A stretch of 64,000 nucleotides of DNA, taken from a virus. Made by a program: the position numbers and the translations under genes. A model generated the notes under the pieces. That model was given only the letters and a program-made list of their open reading frames with translations, searched no databases and was not told the origin of the DNA. The stretch's first letter is position 1. Every line of letters begins with the position of its first letter. Location of the stretch: positions 32,001-96,000 of IMG/VR virus record IMGVR_UViG_3300047476_000704. The stretch is one strand, 5' to 3'. Positions 55,101-64,000 of the stretch are shown here, piece by piece.

Positions 55101-55707
55101 GATTACCTTGAGCTCCACTTGTACCAGATGTAGCCGAAGTACCTGATGTTCCAGATGTTGCCGATGTTCCGGATGTACCATTTGAACCAAATGAACCCTG
55201 CGGTCCAGTTGCACCCTGTGCTCCCTGTGCTCCTAATGGAACAGTCTTATAACCTATACGATTTTGAGAACTTGCATCAATAACCAAATATGTATCAGTT
55301 GATACGGCTGGAATATTTTCTAAATATAAGTAAGTATCTAACCAAACTGAACCAGTAAATTCATGTTTATCATCAGTTGTATTACCAAATCTAGTTGAAC
55401 CTGATGTTTGTAAAACCGATGATGATACATATGTTACATAATATTCATTTGCAGTTAATCTACCACCAACTACAACATTACCACTAAAAGTTGCGCTTGA
55501 TGCGGTTACATTTCCAGTAAAAGATAATGAACCAGTATTACCTCCAATTGTAACTAATGTTGCTTCACCACCGACACCGTCAGTTCCGATTTCTAATGTG
55601 TTCTTTGTGGTGTTTAAGTATGGTTCACCTTGCTCTAAATAGCCAGGAGATGTATTTAGTTTATCACTTTGACTACCACGTCTTATCTGAAAAGTTGTTA
55701 CTGCCAT
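52126..55707 (-). CDS. Long collagen-like tail fibre with S74 chaperone domain
   Basis: Extensive GPQ/GNQ/GTQ and GTS repeats; SDIQLKDN...GVIAQEVE. Confidence 0.9.
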   Translation of the reverse strand: MAVTTFQIRRGSQSDKLNTSPGYLEQGEPYLNTTKNTLEIGTDGVGGEATLVTIGGNTGSLSFTGNVTASSATFSGNVVVGGRLTANEYYVTYVSSSVLQTSGSTRFGNTTDDKHEFTGSVWLDTYLYLENIPAVSTDTYLVIDASSQNRIGYKTVPLGAQGAQGATGPQGSFGSNGTSGTSATSGTSGTSATSGTSGAQGNQGNQGTQGNQGPQGNQGPQGNQGTQGVQGTQGNQGPQGTQGFQGNQGPQGNQGTQGVQGTQGTQGVQGTQGNQGPQGNQGTQGNQGTQGNQGPQGNQGTQGTQGTQGVQGTQGNQGNTGSQGNQGPQGNQGTQGNQGTQGNQGDIGPQGNQGPQGNQGTQGVQGTQGVQGTQGNQGASGTSGIDGTSGTAGTSGINAPVLTNLFGEFSSTQTQIVSGSNIATIMTFNTTGQSNGIVIESGSHLKVSTSATYEFAISPQITKTSSNTDDFSFWALVNGQAVSGSTSIVQLASANAEILPFVSFFFDLNANDYVEFAFSSADDTARMVAYSGLTTPTRPDTPSVIVTAKQIDSYFGSTSGTSGSGGTSGTTGTSGVQGAQGPQGNQGPQGNQGVQGTQGVQGTQGNQGPQGNQGTQGNQGNTGSQGNQGPQGNQGTQGNQGTQGNQGPQGNQGSNGTNGAQGNQGPQGNQGSQGNQGPQGNQGTQGNQGPQGNQGTTGSQGNQGPQGNQGLSGTSGAQGNQGPQGNQGTQGNQGPQGNQGNVGNNGTSGTDGTSGSSGINGTSGVSGTSGTTGTSGSSGTTGVDGTSGTSGINGTSGANGTNGTSGTGGTSGTTGTSGNTGAQGAQGPQGNQGASGTSGTTGTSGTTNGSAYTHTQSVANTTWVITHSLGNLYPAIEVYDENGYVIIPESIKSDSINQTTITFSVAKAGYAMFTFGVGTGVSGTSGTSGIDGTFFGTSGTSGPQGNQGPQGNQGASGANGTSGSSGVSGTSGANGTSGTSGVSGTSGLSVTGAQGAQGPQGTIGTSGVSGAQGAQGPQGNQGPGGTTITGGTTNKVVKYASSTTITVATQITDNGTNVLIGPVSSDNNTDRLQVSGSIVASGDVASFGTPSDIQLKDNLTPIVGALDKIMGLNGYEYEWNGKAIHATFMGVKKDIGVIAQEVEQVFPQLVRMGDNGYLTVRERGLTAVLIEAMKEQQSQIVELRNEIEKLKNS
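53490..53990 (-). repeat. Degenerate 9-nt (G-X-Q) coding tandem repeat
   Basis: GGTAATCAA/GGACCGCAA/GGTACACAA units; ends approximate. Confidence 0.85.
54570..55110 (-). repeat. Degenerate 9-nt (G-X-Q) coding tandem repeat
   Basis: Same units; about 60 triplets; ends approximate. Confidence 0.85.
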
Positions 55708-55728
55708 TATATTTGTATTTCTTTCTTA

Positions 55729-55755
55729 TATAAATATCTATACATTCTATAAATA
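55729..55755 (-). promoter_or_regulatory. Two tandem TATTTATA motifs
   Basis: 55729-55736 and 55748-55755 upstream of the long fibre. Confidence 0.6.
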
Positions 55756-55761
55756 TATAGA

Positions 55762-58278
55762 TTATGTTAATTTAACTCTAATAACCGAAGTATATGTTCC
55801 CCATGTACTTACCAAAACCTGTTTGTTGTTTACAGTAGGTAATCTTAAACTAAAATCAGTTTTTTTATATCCATTGTTAGTACCATGTTGAGTTAAAATC
55901 AATGCCTCCGTACCATCGGCCGAAACTTTGTATGCGGATATTGGTGCATTTCTATTATAGAGATACACTGGATAATTATATTTACCCGTCTTCCACTCAT
56001 TATTCCAATAAACGTGTGGTTTAACCCAAGGAGTATTTGCTTCAATAATATCTTTATGTTGTACAACTTGTAAGTATCCAGCATATAACCAATCCATGCC
56101 ACTATTATCAACATGCGAAGTATCACCATACATATAAGCAAGGTTACCAGTTATACTACCATCTTGACCATTCCAACCATATTGATGCTTCCAATAATAA
56201 TCAGCTCCCTTATCATCATCCTCACCAATCGGTACTTCATTCCACACAAATAATCCATCTGCATATGCAAAGGACCAAACGGCTAACGATTGTAGTAAGC
56301 TTGGGCAAACAAAAAGTCTATCTCCAGGATTACCACCCGTTCCAGGTAAAAATCCGTTATATGCAGTACCTGTTCTTTTGTAATATCCATCTGAACCAGC
56401 AACTGGCTCATGTCTTCTCCAAAAATATCCTGCACACTGCATTGTAGATGCGGTAGCTTCATTATAAACTTCATTTATTAACTTTCGTGCAATATCATAA
56501 TTATGAACCAATGCGTAAATATACCAAGGATTTGATACATCATTTACATAATTTGTTATAAAGGAATATTTAACATACTCACCAAATCCCCTATAAAGAT
56601 TATTTCCAATTATTTGGTCTGCTGTTTTAGAACTACTAATATAATATTCATCATAAAATTTAAATAATTCATAGGTTTCATTTACCGCAGAACCTGTTGG
56701 GAAATAGTACCAACCAGCTCCTTCTGCTCCAAACTTTTCTGCTTTATAAATACCCATAGCGTATATAGACCATTCCAAAAAGTCAGCTTTTGATGTTAAT
56801 TGAGCGGTATTTATTCCATATTCTACTACACTATCATAACAAGCTTTTAATGATTGAGCCACATAATAGTCTTGATTACCATTATAAACTTCATAATCTT
56901 CTTGTAAGTGGTCGAACATATATAGTGAAACTGGGCTATCGTATCCACTACCCTTTCCTAAATAGGTTAATAATTGATTTGCAGGACCCGAACTTTGGTA
57001 TGCAGTTCCTGAGTTCAATTGATATGTCCAATGGTATGGGTTTATATCTTTATATGCAAACCCATAATAAGAACCATTATTCCAAGTTTCATCATCTACA
57101 ATTAAAGAACGAATCAATGCAGATATTTCTTGTCCTGGAGGCCATGCATTACCAATATCAGGCCTAGCTACAGCCATTGCATCTCTTACTGGAAAATCAC
57201 CACCAAAATAAAATTTACCAACATCACCATTTTCTTTGTTAAAATCTTCTTCGGTATTCCAATATAAATTTAAATCATAAATCTTTTTGTTTGTATATCT
57301 ACCCCTTTGAGTTATGCCCTTATTACCTGCTGTTGGTATTCTCCAATCTGTATTTTTAGAATATGGTGGTGTACCATCACTAACAGGAACTCTATCAGCT
57401 ATTGGATATGCCATATCAATAAACAATTTATCTTTTCCCCATTTATCTTTAATACGAGGAATATGAGGCATCCTTCTTATATAAGTTGGTGATTCATAAT
57501 TTTCCAAAGCATACCAATAATCAGGTCTAAACGTGTAAGTTAAACTACCAGTTGTAACTACCCTATCAGGGTCAGCTGCTAAATGAACTACACCTTGAAC
57601 AATACTACCTTCCGCGTATCCCCAATTATAGTTTGGAGTATCGTAATACTGAAAGGCCTTATTACTACCAGTATGATATTCGCCATTTATTACACGAAGG
57701 TCATAACCCTTCATATCAGTAATATCCAAACCTTTTAAAGATTGAGATATATTAAAACGTCCAGCCTCTTGTGGTCCACCACCGGCCGAATGTAAAGGTC
57801 CATTTTCTATATGATACCCCTTAAATCCTTGACCAACCGATTCACGAAATCTTGCCTTTGTAGTATCCCAATAATCATCGGTTAAATATATTCTACCATC
57901 TACGGATTCGGATAGCGATAATTTCATACCCATCCAAGAAATGTTTTCAGTACCATCCCAATAAGATGCCGTTAGGTCCATTTTAGCTGAACCGCTGTAA
58001 CCAGTACAATCTGTCCAGTTTGTATCAAAACTACCAGTCATTAATTCCAATGGTTGCGTTTCAAATCTACCATTAGAACCAATTGTTGCATAATATGTTT
58101 TATAATGAGTTGGAATTACATAATTACCAGCTGGTGCTAGAATTGATTTGGAAACATCCGTATAAAATGTTGTACCTAATGTAAAAAAATTATCACTTGC
58201 ATAAAGAATAGATGAACTATTATCCAATCTTGGATTGGTTACTCTATTTTTTGCTTGTATAAATGATGTATATCCCAT
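55762..58278 (-). CDS. Large aromatic-rich hypothetical (probable virion) protein
   Basis: 838 aa; W/Y-rich; in the structural operon. Confidence 0.6.
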   Translation of the reverse strand: MGYTSFIQAKNRVTNPRLDNSSSILYASDNFFTLGTTFYTDVSKSILAPAGNYVIPTHYKTYYATIGSNGRFETQPLELMTGSFDTNWTDCTGYSGSAKMDLTASYWDGTENISWMGMKLSLSESVDGRIYLTDDYWDTTKARFRESVGQGFKGYHIENGPLHSAGGGPQEAGRFNISQSLKGLDITDMKGYDLRVINGEYHTGSNKAFQYYDTPNYNWGYAEGSIVQGVVHLAADPDRVVTTGSLTYTFRPDYWYALENYESPTYIRRMPHIPRIKDKWGKDKLFIDMAYPIADRVPVSDGTPPYSKNTDWRIPTAGNKGITQRGRYTNKKIYDLNLYWNTEEDFNKENGDVGKFYFGGDFPVRDAMAVARPDIGNAWPPGQEISALIRSLIVDDETWNNGSYYGFAYKDINPYHWTYQLNSGTAYQSSGPANQLLTYLGKGSGYDSPVSLYMFDHLQEDYEVYNGNQDYYVAQSLKACYDSVVEYGINTAQLTSKADFLEWSIYAMGIYKAEKFGAEGAGWYYFPTGSAVNETYELFKFYDEYYISSSKTADQIIGNNLYRGFGEYVKYSFITNYVNDVSNPWYIYALVHNYDIARKLINEVYNEATASTMQCAGYFWRRHEPVAGSDGYYKRTGTAYNGFLPGTGGNPGDRLFVCPSLLQSLAVWSFAYADGLFVWNEVPIGEDDDKGADYYWKHQYGWNGQDGSITGNLAYMYGDTSHVDNSGMDWLYAGYLQVVQHKDIIEANTPWVKPHVYWNNEWKTGKYNYPVYLYNRNAPISAYKVSADGTEALILTQHGTNNGYKKTDFSLRLPTVNNKQVLVSTWGTYTSVIRVKLT

Positions 58279-58285
58279 ATTATTA

Positions 58286-59656
58286 TTAAATTCCAGTTAA
58301 TGTAAAGTAAACACCAGGTCCAAATGTATTTAAGCAAGGTACAAAACTACCTGTTGCATCTAATTGTATTGTTACATATACATTTGTATTAGAACCTATT
58401 ATTTGATTTGATGCCCCGCATCCAAATGAACCGCTATTTTCAGTATAATATGCGGTTATATTACTACCACTAACATCCGATGCAAAATATGATAGATTAG
58501 AACCGGATGTAATAGTCATTGAACCCATATTTACATAGGTTGAACCAGTTACAGCCGAACCCGTCATATATCCACTTGTAGTTGATGCATAAACATCACC
58601 AGCCGAACTCCAATAGATTTTAGGATTTGTATATGTTGGCGATGCACTACCACTAACTCTTGCAAAAAATGTAACGGTTTGTTGTGATGGTTTTACAGGT
58701 GAACTTAAAGTAAATCCAAAATCAGTTGTACTTATTGGCGATTGTACAATTACTACCGAACTCGTTATAGTTGATAATTTTGTAAAACTCATAGTACCAG
58801 TTGCTGAACCTGATATTCCATTTATTTTACCACGTTTTTTTAATGCTTTATTATGTAATGTACTACCTCTAAATCCAGTATCAATTACATTTGAACCAGA
58901 ATATTGTACTATAAATCTATCTGGCAATTCGCCAGCACCATATGTAAGTGTAACTTCACCAAATTCAGAACCCAAATTTACAGAATATGAATATGAACCA
59001 GTTACACCAGCTAAATATTTAAGTTCAGCCGTATTTGTTTCTAATGTAGTTAAAGAACCGGTTGCTGGTAAATTATATTGAGATGTATATGTATAAACAT
59101 CATTTGGAGCATCTACATAATAATAATACCCATCGGGTGTGGGAAATGTACCACTATCAGGAGCAACTAGTCCTCCAAATGAAGATGATACCCATCCAAA
59201 ATATGGAACTAATGTACCATAAGATGCACTATATAAAGTCATTGCACCATTTATAAGCATTTCCGCACCTCTTGGTAAGAATGCATCCACACTTGAAGAA
59301 TATGCGCTTGCTATATTTGCAAATCCAAGGCCCGCTTGTTGCTGGCACATCCACCATTTATTATGGAATCGTCTTACTTTGAATGGTACATTTGCTCCCA
59401 ATACATTCCAATATCCCAAAACTAACCCATCATACATAACACCTTGTCCATCAGATGCAGATGTATGATTATATCCACCAAATTCTCCAATTTTTACGGG
59501 ATAAGTATCGTTTGCATTTGGTGCACCTATTATGTTTAGATTTGTATAAACATCATTTTGAGCTGCTGTAAGTGAAAATGGGGCTTGTGAACCAAGTCCC
59601 ATCTCCGTTCTAATGTCTCCTAGTGATATTTTTGAACCTGATGATGTTAAAGCCAT
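58286..59656 (-). CDS. Probable virion structural protein
   Basis: N-terminal ISLGDIRTEMG motif; S/T/G-rich. Confidence 0.6.
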   Translation of the reverse strand: MALTSSGSKISLGDIRTEMGLGSQAPFSLTAAQNDVYTNLNIIGAPNANDTYPVKIGEFGGYNHTSASDGQGVMYDGLVLGYWNVLGANVPFKVRRFHNKWWMCQQQAGLGFANIASAYSSSVDAFLPRGAEMLINGAMTLYSASYGTLVPYFGWVSSSFGGLVAPDSGTFPTPDGYYYYVDAPNDVYTYTSQYNLPATGSLTTLETNTAELKYLAGVTGSYSYSVNLGSEFGEVTLTYGAGELPDRFIVQYSGSNVIDTGFRGSTLHNKALKKRGKINGISGSATGTMSFTKLSTITSSVVIVQSPISTTDFGFTLSSPVKPSQQTVTFFARVSGSASPTYTNPKIYWSSAGDVYASTTSGYMTGSAVTGSTYVNMGSMTITSGSNLSYFASDVSGSNITAYYTENSGSFGCGASNQIIGSNTNVYVTIQLDATGSFVPCLNTFGPGVYFTLTGI

Positions 59657-59679
59657 TTGTAAAAGTATTATTCAACTAA

Positions 59680-59687
59680 TATAAATA
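59680..59687 (-). promoter_or_regulatory. Putative late-promoter motif TATTTATA
   Basis: Intergenic. Confidence 0.6.
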
Positions 59688-61781
59688 TCAGTTTAATACC
59701 TTTTTCAATTCTTTAATTACATCTTTATAGTCTATTGACTTTGAACACTCAAATTGCCTTTCTGTACCTTTGTGGTCAGGACACCAATTCCAATCACCTG
59801 GGTCCAATTTATAACGATTGAAACATCCACTACATTTATCTTTTTTTGCGGTTATTCTATATGTATCCAATTGAGTTTCGGAATATGCTTCGGAAAACCC
59901 TGATATTAAAATTGTGGGCGTTTTAGTTGCCCAACTTACCCAACTCAAACCACTACCTATTCCTATAAATGCTTCACTTTTTTGCAATTCTTCAATTACA
60001 TTTTCTATTGGTCCGTTTGGTAATTGCCATACACCATTTGGGTGTTTGTTACCCATATATCCATCGCCCTCTCTACTTAAAAGAACAACTCTATATCCTT
60101 CCATATTTAACCAATGAACTACTCTTTGCCAACCATCTTCATTATTCCAATACTTTGATTGAGCAGTACCGTGAATTGCAATTGCTACTTGTTTTTCACG
60201 TTTGATTTCTGAATTTAATTTTAGTAATGGCCTTACTTCATTGTATTCTAAATTTAGAATAGATGTTGCGGTTTGTTGTAATGGTGATTGTCTGAAATCT
60301 ATACCAATTCTAGCGGTATCGTATTCTGTACTATTATCATCTTTATAAAACCAACCAATACGATACATAGCGTATAAGTTTGGTACAGTTTCACCAGGCT
60401 TTATAAATTGTAAATTAGGATATTGTTCTTCAAAATATTCATTTAAAAAAGTAGATACAATAACCTCACAATTCCATTTTTTACGGAACTCTTCTGCATA
60501 TGGAAACCAAGCTAATGTATCACCCAATGATTTGGATTCTAATGCAATATAAACTCGTTTACCATTTGGATTAAAATCATGTTCAAAAATAAGATTATTT
60601 TTATCATATACCTCAACTCTCCAATCTACACAATATCTTTTTCCAGTCTTTGCCCAATATCCATCTTTTAATTTAGTTCCAAATTCTACTTCATTTGTAG
60701 ATTTGTTTATAAATTTAATTTCGTATTCATCATTATTTGGTGATTTAACATCAATATATCCACCATCTACAAAATTTACATTAAATGTTGGTTTTGCTAA
60801 ACTACGTCTTTTTATTAAATTATTATAAATAAATTTTTTTATATTTAATTTTCTTACTAACTTTGTTAAATTTTCTTTCTGATTATCACTTATATATGTT
60901 GCAACATCATCATAGTAATCTTCGTAAGTGTGCAGTTTTTTAAGAAATAGTGGTAATCTATAAGATATTGCCTCTTTAACTGCTAATGGGTTTAGTTCCC
61001 ACTTTGATGGAAAATAAAATAAATCAGCTGCTTTGTAAAACTTTTCAGTATCACTTTGTTCTCCCCATATTATACAATTATCAGGTTTATTTTGCATTAA
61101 AGGTCCCCAATAAAATTGAAAGTTACCAGCTTGATTTCCTACAAAATGAAACTTTACTTTGTAGTTTTCTTTTTCACATAACCTTGCTAACTCAAATATA
61201 TCACCTTGATTTTTACCATCGGTAAATAAACCAACATGAAGAATGTGTTTATATTCTTTATCAAATCCAACTATTTCCTTTGCTTCATCTTTATCACCAT
61301 TCCAATACTCAATAGGATACTCCCAAATATCACATTGGATTTCAGTAAAGTATTTGGCGAATTTCTTCCTACTCCATTCACTAACCAATACAAATTTATC
61401 AGCTGTGTATAATAATTCTTCCGGTTTTGTATAAGATGAATGTGTTGTTATTATAATATTATATGTTCTACCTTCATCAAATATTTCATTCAAATATTGT
61501 TTATCTACAAATGTTTCTGGTGTCTCTTGGAAATGAATAATATCAGGTTGTTCTTTACGAACAATACCAACTATATCACTTTTATGTTCCCCAATTGTAA
61601 TTACTTCACATAATTCTTTTATTTTATTTCTTTGGACTACAAAATCCATAGATACGCAATTGTATTCAACAACAACTATTTCAAATTCATCCTTAAATGT
61701 TTGAATTTGTTTTAATAGATATTGAGGCATACCACCCGTTGAAAGATGTGGAACTATGTATAGTAACTTCTTTTTATGCAT
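59688..61781 (-). CDS. Fusion of GT-B glycosyltransferase and Aah/TibC-like protein O-heptosyltransferase
   Basis: PHLSTGGMPQY; FPSKWELNPL; SKSLGDTLAW; FIGIGSGLSW; CSGCFN..CP..CSK. Confidence 0.8.
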   Translation of the reverse strand: MHKKKLLYIVPHLSTGGMPQYLLKQIQTFKDEFEIVVVEYNCVSMDFVVQRNKIKELCEVITIGEHKSDIVGIVRKEQPDIIHFQETPETFVDKQYLNEIFDEGRTYNIIITTHSSYTKPEELLYTADKFVLVSEWSRKKFAKYFTEIQCDIWEYPIEYWNGDKDEAKEIVGFDKEYKHILHVGLFTDGKNQGDIFELARLCEKENYKVKFHFVGNQAGNFQFYWGPLMQNKPDNCIIWGEQSDTEKFYKAADLFYFPSKWELNPLAVKEAISYRLPLFLKKLHTYEDYYDDVATYISDNQKENLTKLVRKLNIKKFIYNNLIKRRSLAKPTFNVNFVDGGYIDVKSPNNDEYEIKFINKSTNEVEFGTKLKDGYWAKTGKRYCVDWRVEVYDKNNLIFEHDFNPNGKRVYIALESKSLGDTLAWFPYAEEFRKKWNCEVIVSTFLNEYFEEQYPNLQFIKPGETVPNLYAMYRIGWFYKDDNSTEYDTARIGIDFRQSPLQQTATSILNLEYNEVRPLLKLNSEIKREKQVAIAIHGTAQSKYWNNEDGWQRVVHWLNMEGYRVVLLSREGDGYMGNKHPNGVWQLPNGPIENVIEELQKSEAFIGIGSGLSWVSWATKTPTILISGFSEAYSETQLDTYRITAKKDKCSGCFNRYKLDPGDWNWCPDHKGTERQFECSKSIDYKDVIKELKKVLN

Positions 61782-62418
61782 TTTGTAAATTTCTTATAGC
61801 TTCTTCGTAGTAGGGTAATTCTTTTTGTATTTCATCATTGTAATCTTTACTTGTTGCACTTAACTCACCCAATGCTTTTAGATTTTCAATAACATATATT
61901 GGTCTTCCATTCTTATCTTTGTTCCACCAATATAAAATATCATCACCAAAGAATATTTTCAATCGTTCATCTATTTTTATATAATTTTCTTTGCGAATAA
62001 ACATCATACATCCAAAACCCAAATATCTACATTCAGCTTCTTTGAACTCAAATACATCTATATTTGTGTTAAAATCTGTACCTAGATTTTTATTTGCATT
62101 AAAACCAATTATTCCAAAATCTAAATTGTTTATTGCATCTAAATTATGTTTTATTGTCTGAAAGTTTATTTCTATATCGTCATTCAATAAGCAAACTATA
62201 TTATTTTTTGCAATATCAACGCCGATATTCCACGATTTATTTACATATAGATTTTCTTTTGCAATTAAAATTGTTAGTTCGGGTTCCAAATAACAACCAT
62301 GATTATTATCAATTAAAATAAATTCTGCATTTGGAATAGCTGCTCTTTTGTAATCATGTATTATATCACGCAATCGCATTGGATTTCTCCACATTGTAGG
62401 TACTATAAAACTTATCAT
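61774..62418 (-). CDS. GT-A (family 2) glycosyltransferase
   Basis: FIVPT, LLNDD, FGDD. Confidence 0.8.
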   Translation of the reverse strand: MISFIVPTMWRNPMRLRDIIHDYKRAAIPNAEFILIDNNHGCYLEPELTILIAKENLYVNKSWNIGVDIAKNNIVCLLNDDIEINFQTIKHNLDAINNLDFGIIGFNANKNLGTDFNTNIDVFEFKEAECRYLGFGCMMFIRKENYIKIDERLKIFFGDDILYWWNKDKNGRPIYVIENLKALGELSATSKDYNDEIQKELPYYEEAIRNLQNA

Positions 62419-64000
62419 ATTTTAAATATTTTATGTGCGTTGTTTTCATTTTCTCCAATGTTTGATGGTACATCCAATGGATTGTTTGGGTTTAATCTGT
62501 AACAATAATCATCCAAACCCAATTCCTCAAATCGTTTTGCAATTCTCTCATTGTAGTAATACATAATAGTCCTTACTCTTCGTTGAATATCTGCTCTACT
62601 TAAATCGTGTGTGTTTCGACCAGTTGTGTTATTATAGATAAATTGAACATAACACATTCTCGGTATTCTCATCATTAGTGTTCCCAAAAATGTTCTTACT
62701 AACAATTCGTAATCATCTGCTATTGCTAAATCTCTATTGTGTCCACCGATTTGGAAATACACATCTCTTCTCCAAGCTCTAATATGGTTGGGAACACCTA
62801 CAATGTGGCGAATTGTTTTTGGATTTATTGGTGGTGCTATACACGAATCAAAATTAAATCCATTTACATCAAACTTTTCATATTTACCATATCCAAATGC
62901 AAATCCATCAGGATAATGTAATGAGTTCCAGTTCTCATCACATTCGGCATTATCAGTATAAAAGAAACCAATCTCTGGATGTTCCTGTGATGCTTTGTGT
63001 AAGTAATATGTACAATCAGGCGTTAGATAATCATCGTGGTCTAATTCTGCAAGTAAATATCCTCTACATAAAGTTGCTGCTCTGTATTTACTTTCCCCAA
63101 TAATCCCACCACTCTTTTCTCTAAAATCATATACTTTAACTCTTGGGTCATTTTTTGCAATACCTTCTGCAATTTTAAGTGTTTTACCACCGTCCGTTGA
63201 GTCATTTACCAATACCCATTCCCAATTGTTGTAAGTTTGTTCGTTTAATGATTTGTAAGTGTTTAATAATTTCTCACCAGTATTATATATTGGAGTAAAG
63301 TATGAAACAAGTTGTGAATTATCCATTCTTAACATAGTTTCCATAGCACATTGATATGCATCTTGTCCAGTATTTTGATTTATCTCCGTAAATGCCAACC
63401 ATTTGTTACGAACATTTAATGGTTGTTGCGCTAAATTAGGAAACTTTCTCCAATCATCTGCAATTGATACAATTACATCCGGCTTTTTTTCAGCCAAAAC
63501 TTCACTTATATTGACATCGTTTGTTAAATGAATAGTATCTAAATTGGCATCTTCATAATCAGCTGCTATATAAGATTTTAATTCGGATGGTTTATCACTT
63601 ATTAGTAAAACTTTTGGTAATTTTGCTTTTGGTGTTTTTTCCAAATAATTGTAATAACATAATTCTTTTGTTATATACTTAAACCATTGTGGATTTTCGT
63701 TGTGAATTTTTTCTATTAAAAACCCATCACCAGCATAATGACCTGTAAATTGGTATTGATTAAATATACTATGGTGAAATATCATTTGTGCAATATCTAC
63801 ACCTTGATATTTCATATTTTCGGGTTTAGCTTCTCTTACTTCTAAACCGGTAAAATCTTTACCACCCACAAGTTGATTTACCGCAAATATTTTGTGTTCA
63901 CCATCATTTTCTTTGATTGTAGTATCAACCTCATTAAAGAAATGTGGATGAACTATATTATCATCATCTACAACTACTACATATCCATCATTTAATTTAG
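62415..64000 (-). CDS. Multi-domain family 2 glycosyltransferase, 5' end beyond the window
   Basis: Frame stays open from track start 63869 to the edge (VVVVDDDN); ELDHDD, DDYEL. Confidence 0.85.
   Translation of the reverse strand, partial: KLNDGYVVVVDDDNIVHPHFFNEVDTTIKENDGEHKIFAVNQLVGGKDFTGLEVREAKPENMKYQGVDIAQMIFHHSIFNQYQFTGHYAGDGFLIEKIHNENPQWFKYITKELCYYNYLEKTPKAKLPKVLLISDKPSELKSYIAADYEDANLDTIHLTNDVNISEVLAEKKPDVIVSIADDWRKFPNLAQQPLNVRNKWLAFTEINQNTGQDAYQCAMETMLRMDNSQLVSYFTPIYNTGEKLLNTYKSLNEQTYNNWEWVLVNDSTDGGKTLKIAEGIAKNDPRVKVYDFREKSGGIIGESKYRAATLCRGYLLAELDHDDYLTPDCTYYLHKASQEHPEIGFFYTDNAECDENWNSLHYPDGFAFGYGKYEKFDVNGFNFDSCIAPPINPKTIRHIVGVPNHIRAWRRDVYFQIGGHNRDLAIADDYELLVRTFLGTLMMRIPRMCYVQFIYNNTTGRNTHDLSRADIQRRVRTIMYYYNERIAKRFEELGLDDYCYRLNPNNPLDVPSNIGENENNAHKIFKI

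Noticed and set aside
53490-55110. CRISPR-like array
   Set aside because: In-frame coding repeats without unique spacers; no cas genes.
51625-55214. Long K/V/H-rich and Y/L-rich ORFs in alternative frames
   Set aside because: Shadow frames produced by the 9-nt collagen repeat.
380-62921. Plus-strand ORFs throughout the window
   Set aside because: All are antisense shadows of well-supported minus-strand genes; none has recognisable motifs.

Overview
A 64 kb segment of an AT-rich, T4-like jumbo myovirus. Every supported gene is on the minus strand. Twelve copies of the Bacteroidota sigma-A promoter (TTTG-N19/20-TAnnTTTG) point to a Bacteroidota host. From left to right: (i) a replisome block (clamp loader, GroES, glycosyltransferase, DUF4338/DruA-like protein, sliding clamp, family B polymerase); (ii) a roughly 8.5 kb non-coding RNA island (9.25-17.7 kb) with 27 tRNA genes, three remodelled tRNA-like RNAs, a roughly 900 nt GOLLD-like RNA, a tmRNA, several small structured RNAs and two homing-endonuclease-like genes; (iii) accessory genes including two tandem Mom-like adenine-modification enzymes; (iv) thioredoxin, PhoH, class Ia RNR, helicase, RNase H, RecA/UvsX, SSB, a flavin halogenase, Nmad1 and an atypical PolA; (v) tail/baseplate genes, collagen-like fibres and glycosyltransferases. 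The most striking unexplained structure is at 14105-14307. A 47-codon leader ORF contains all 20 amino acids within 27 residues and carries an antiterminator for an intrinsic terminator just upstream of a complete 24-tRNA set, which looks like an attenuator sensing shortage of any tRNA. Second, two extra tRNA-Gly genes with broken anticodon loops co-occur with Mom-family enzymes, suggesting dedicated glycyl donors for DNA hypermodification. All functional assignments come from motif recognition by eye; no searches were run.
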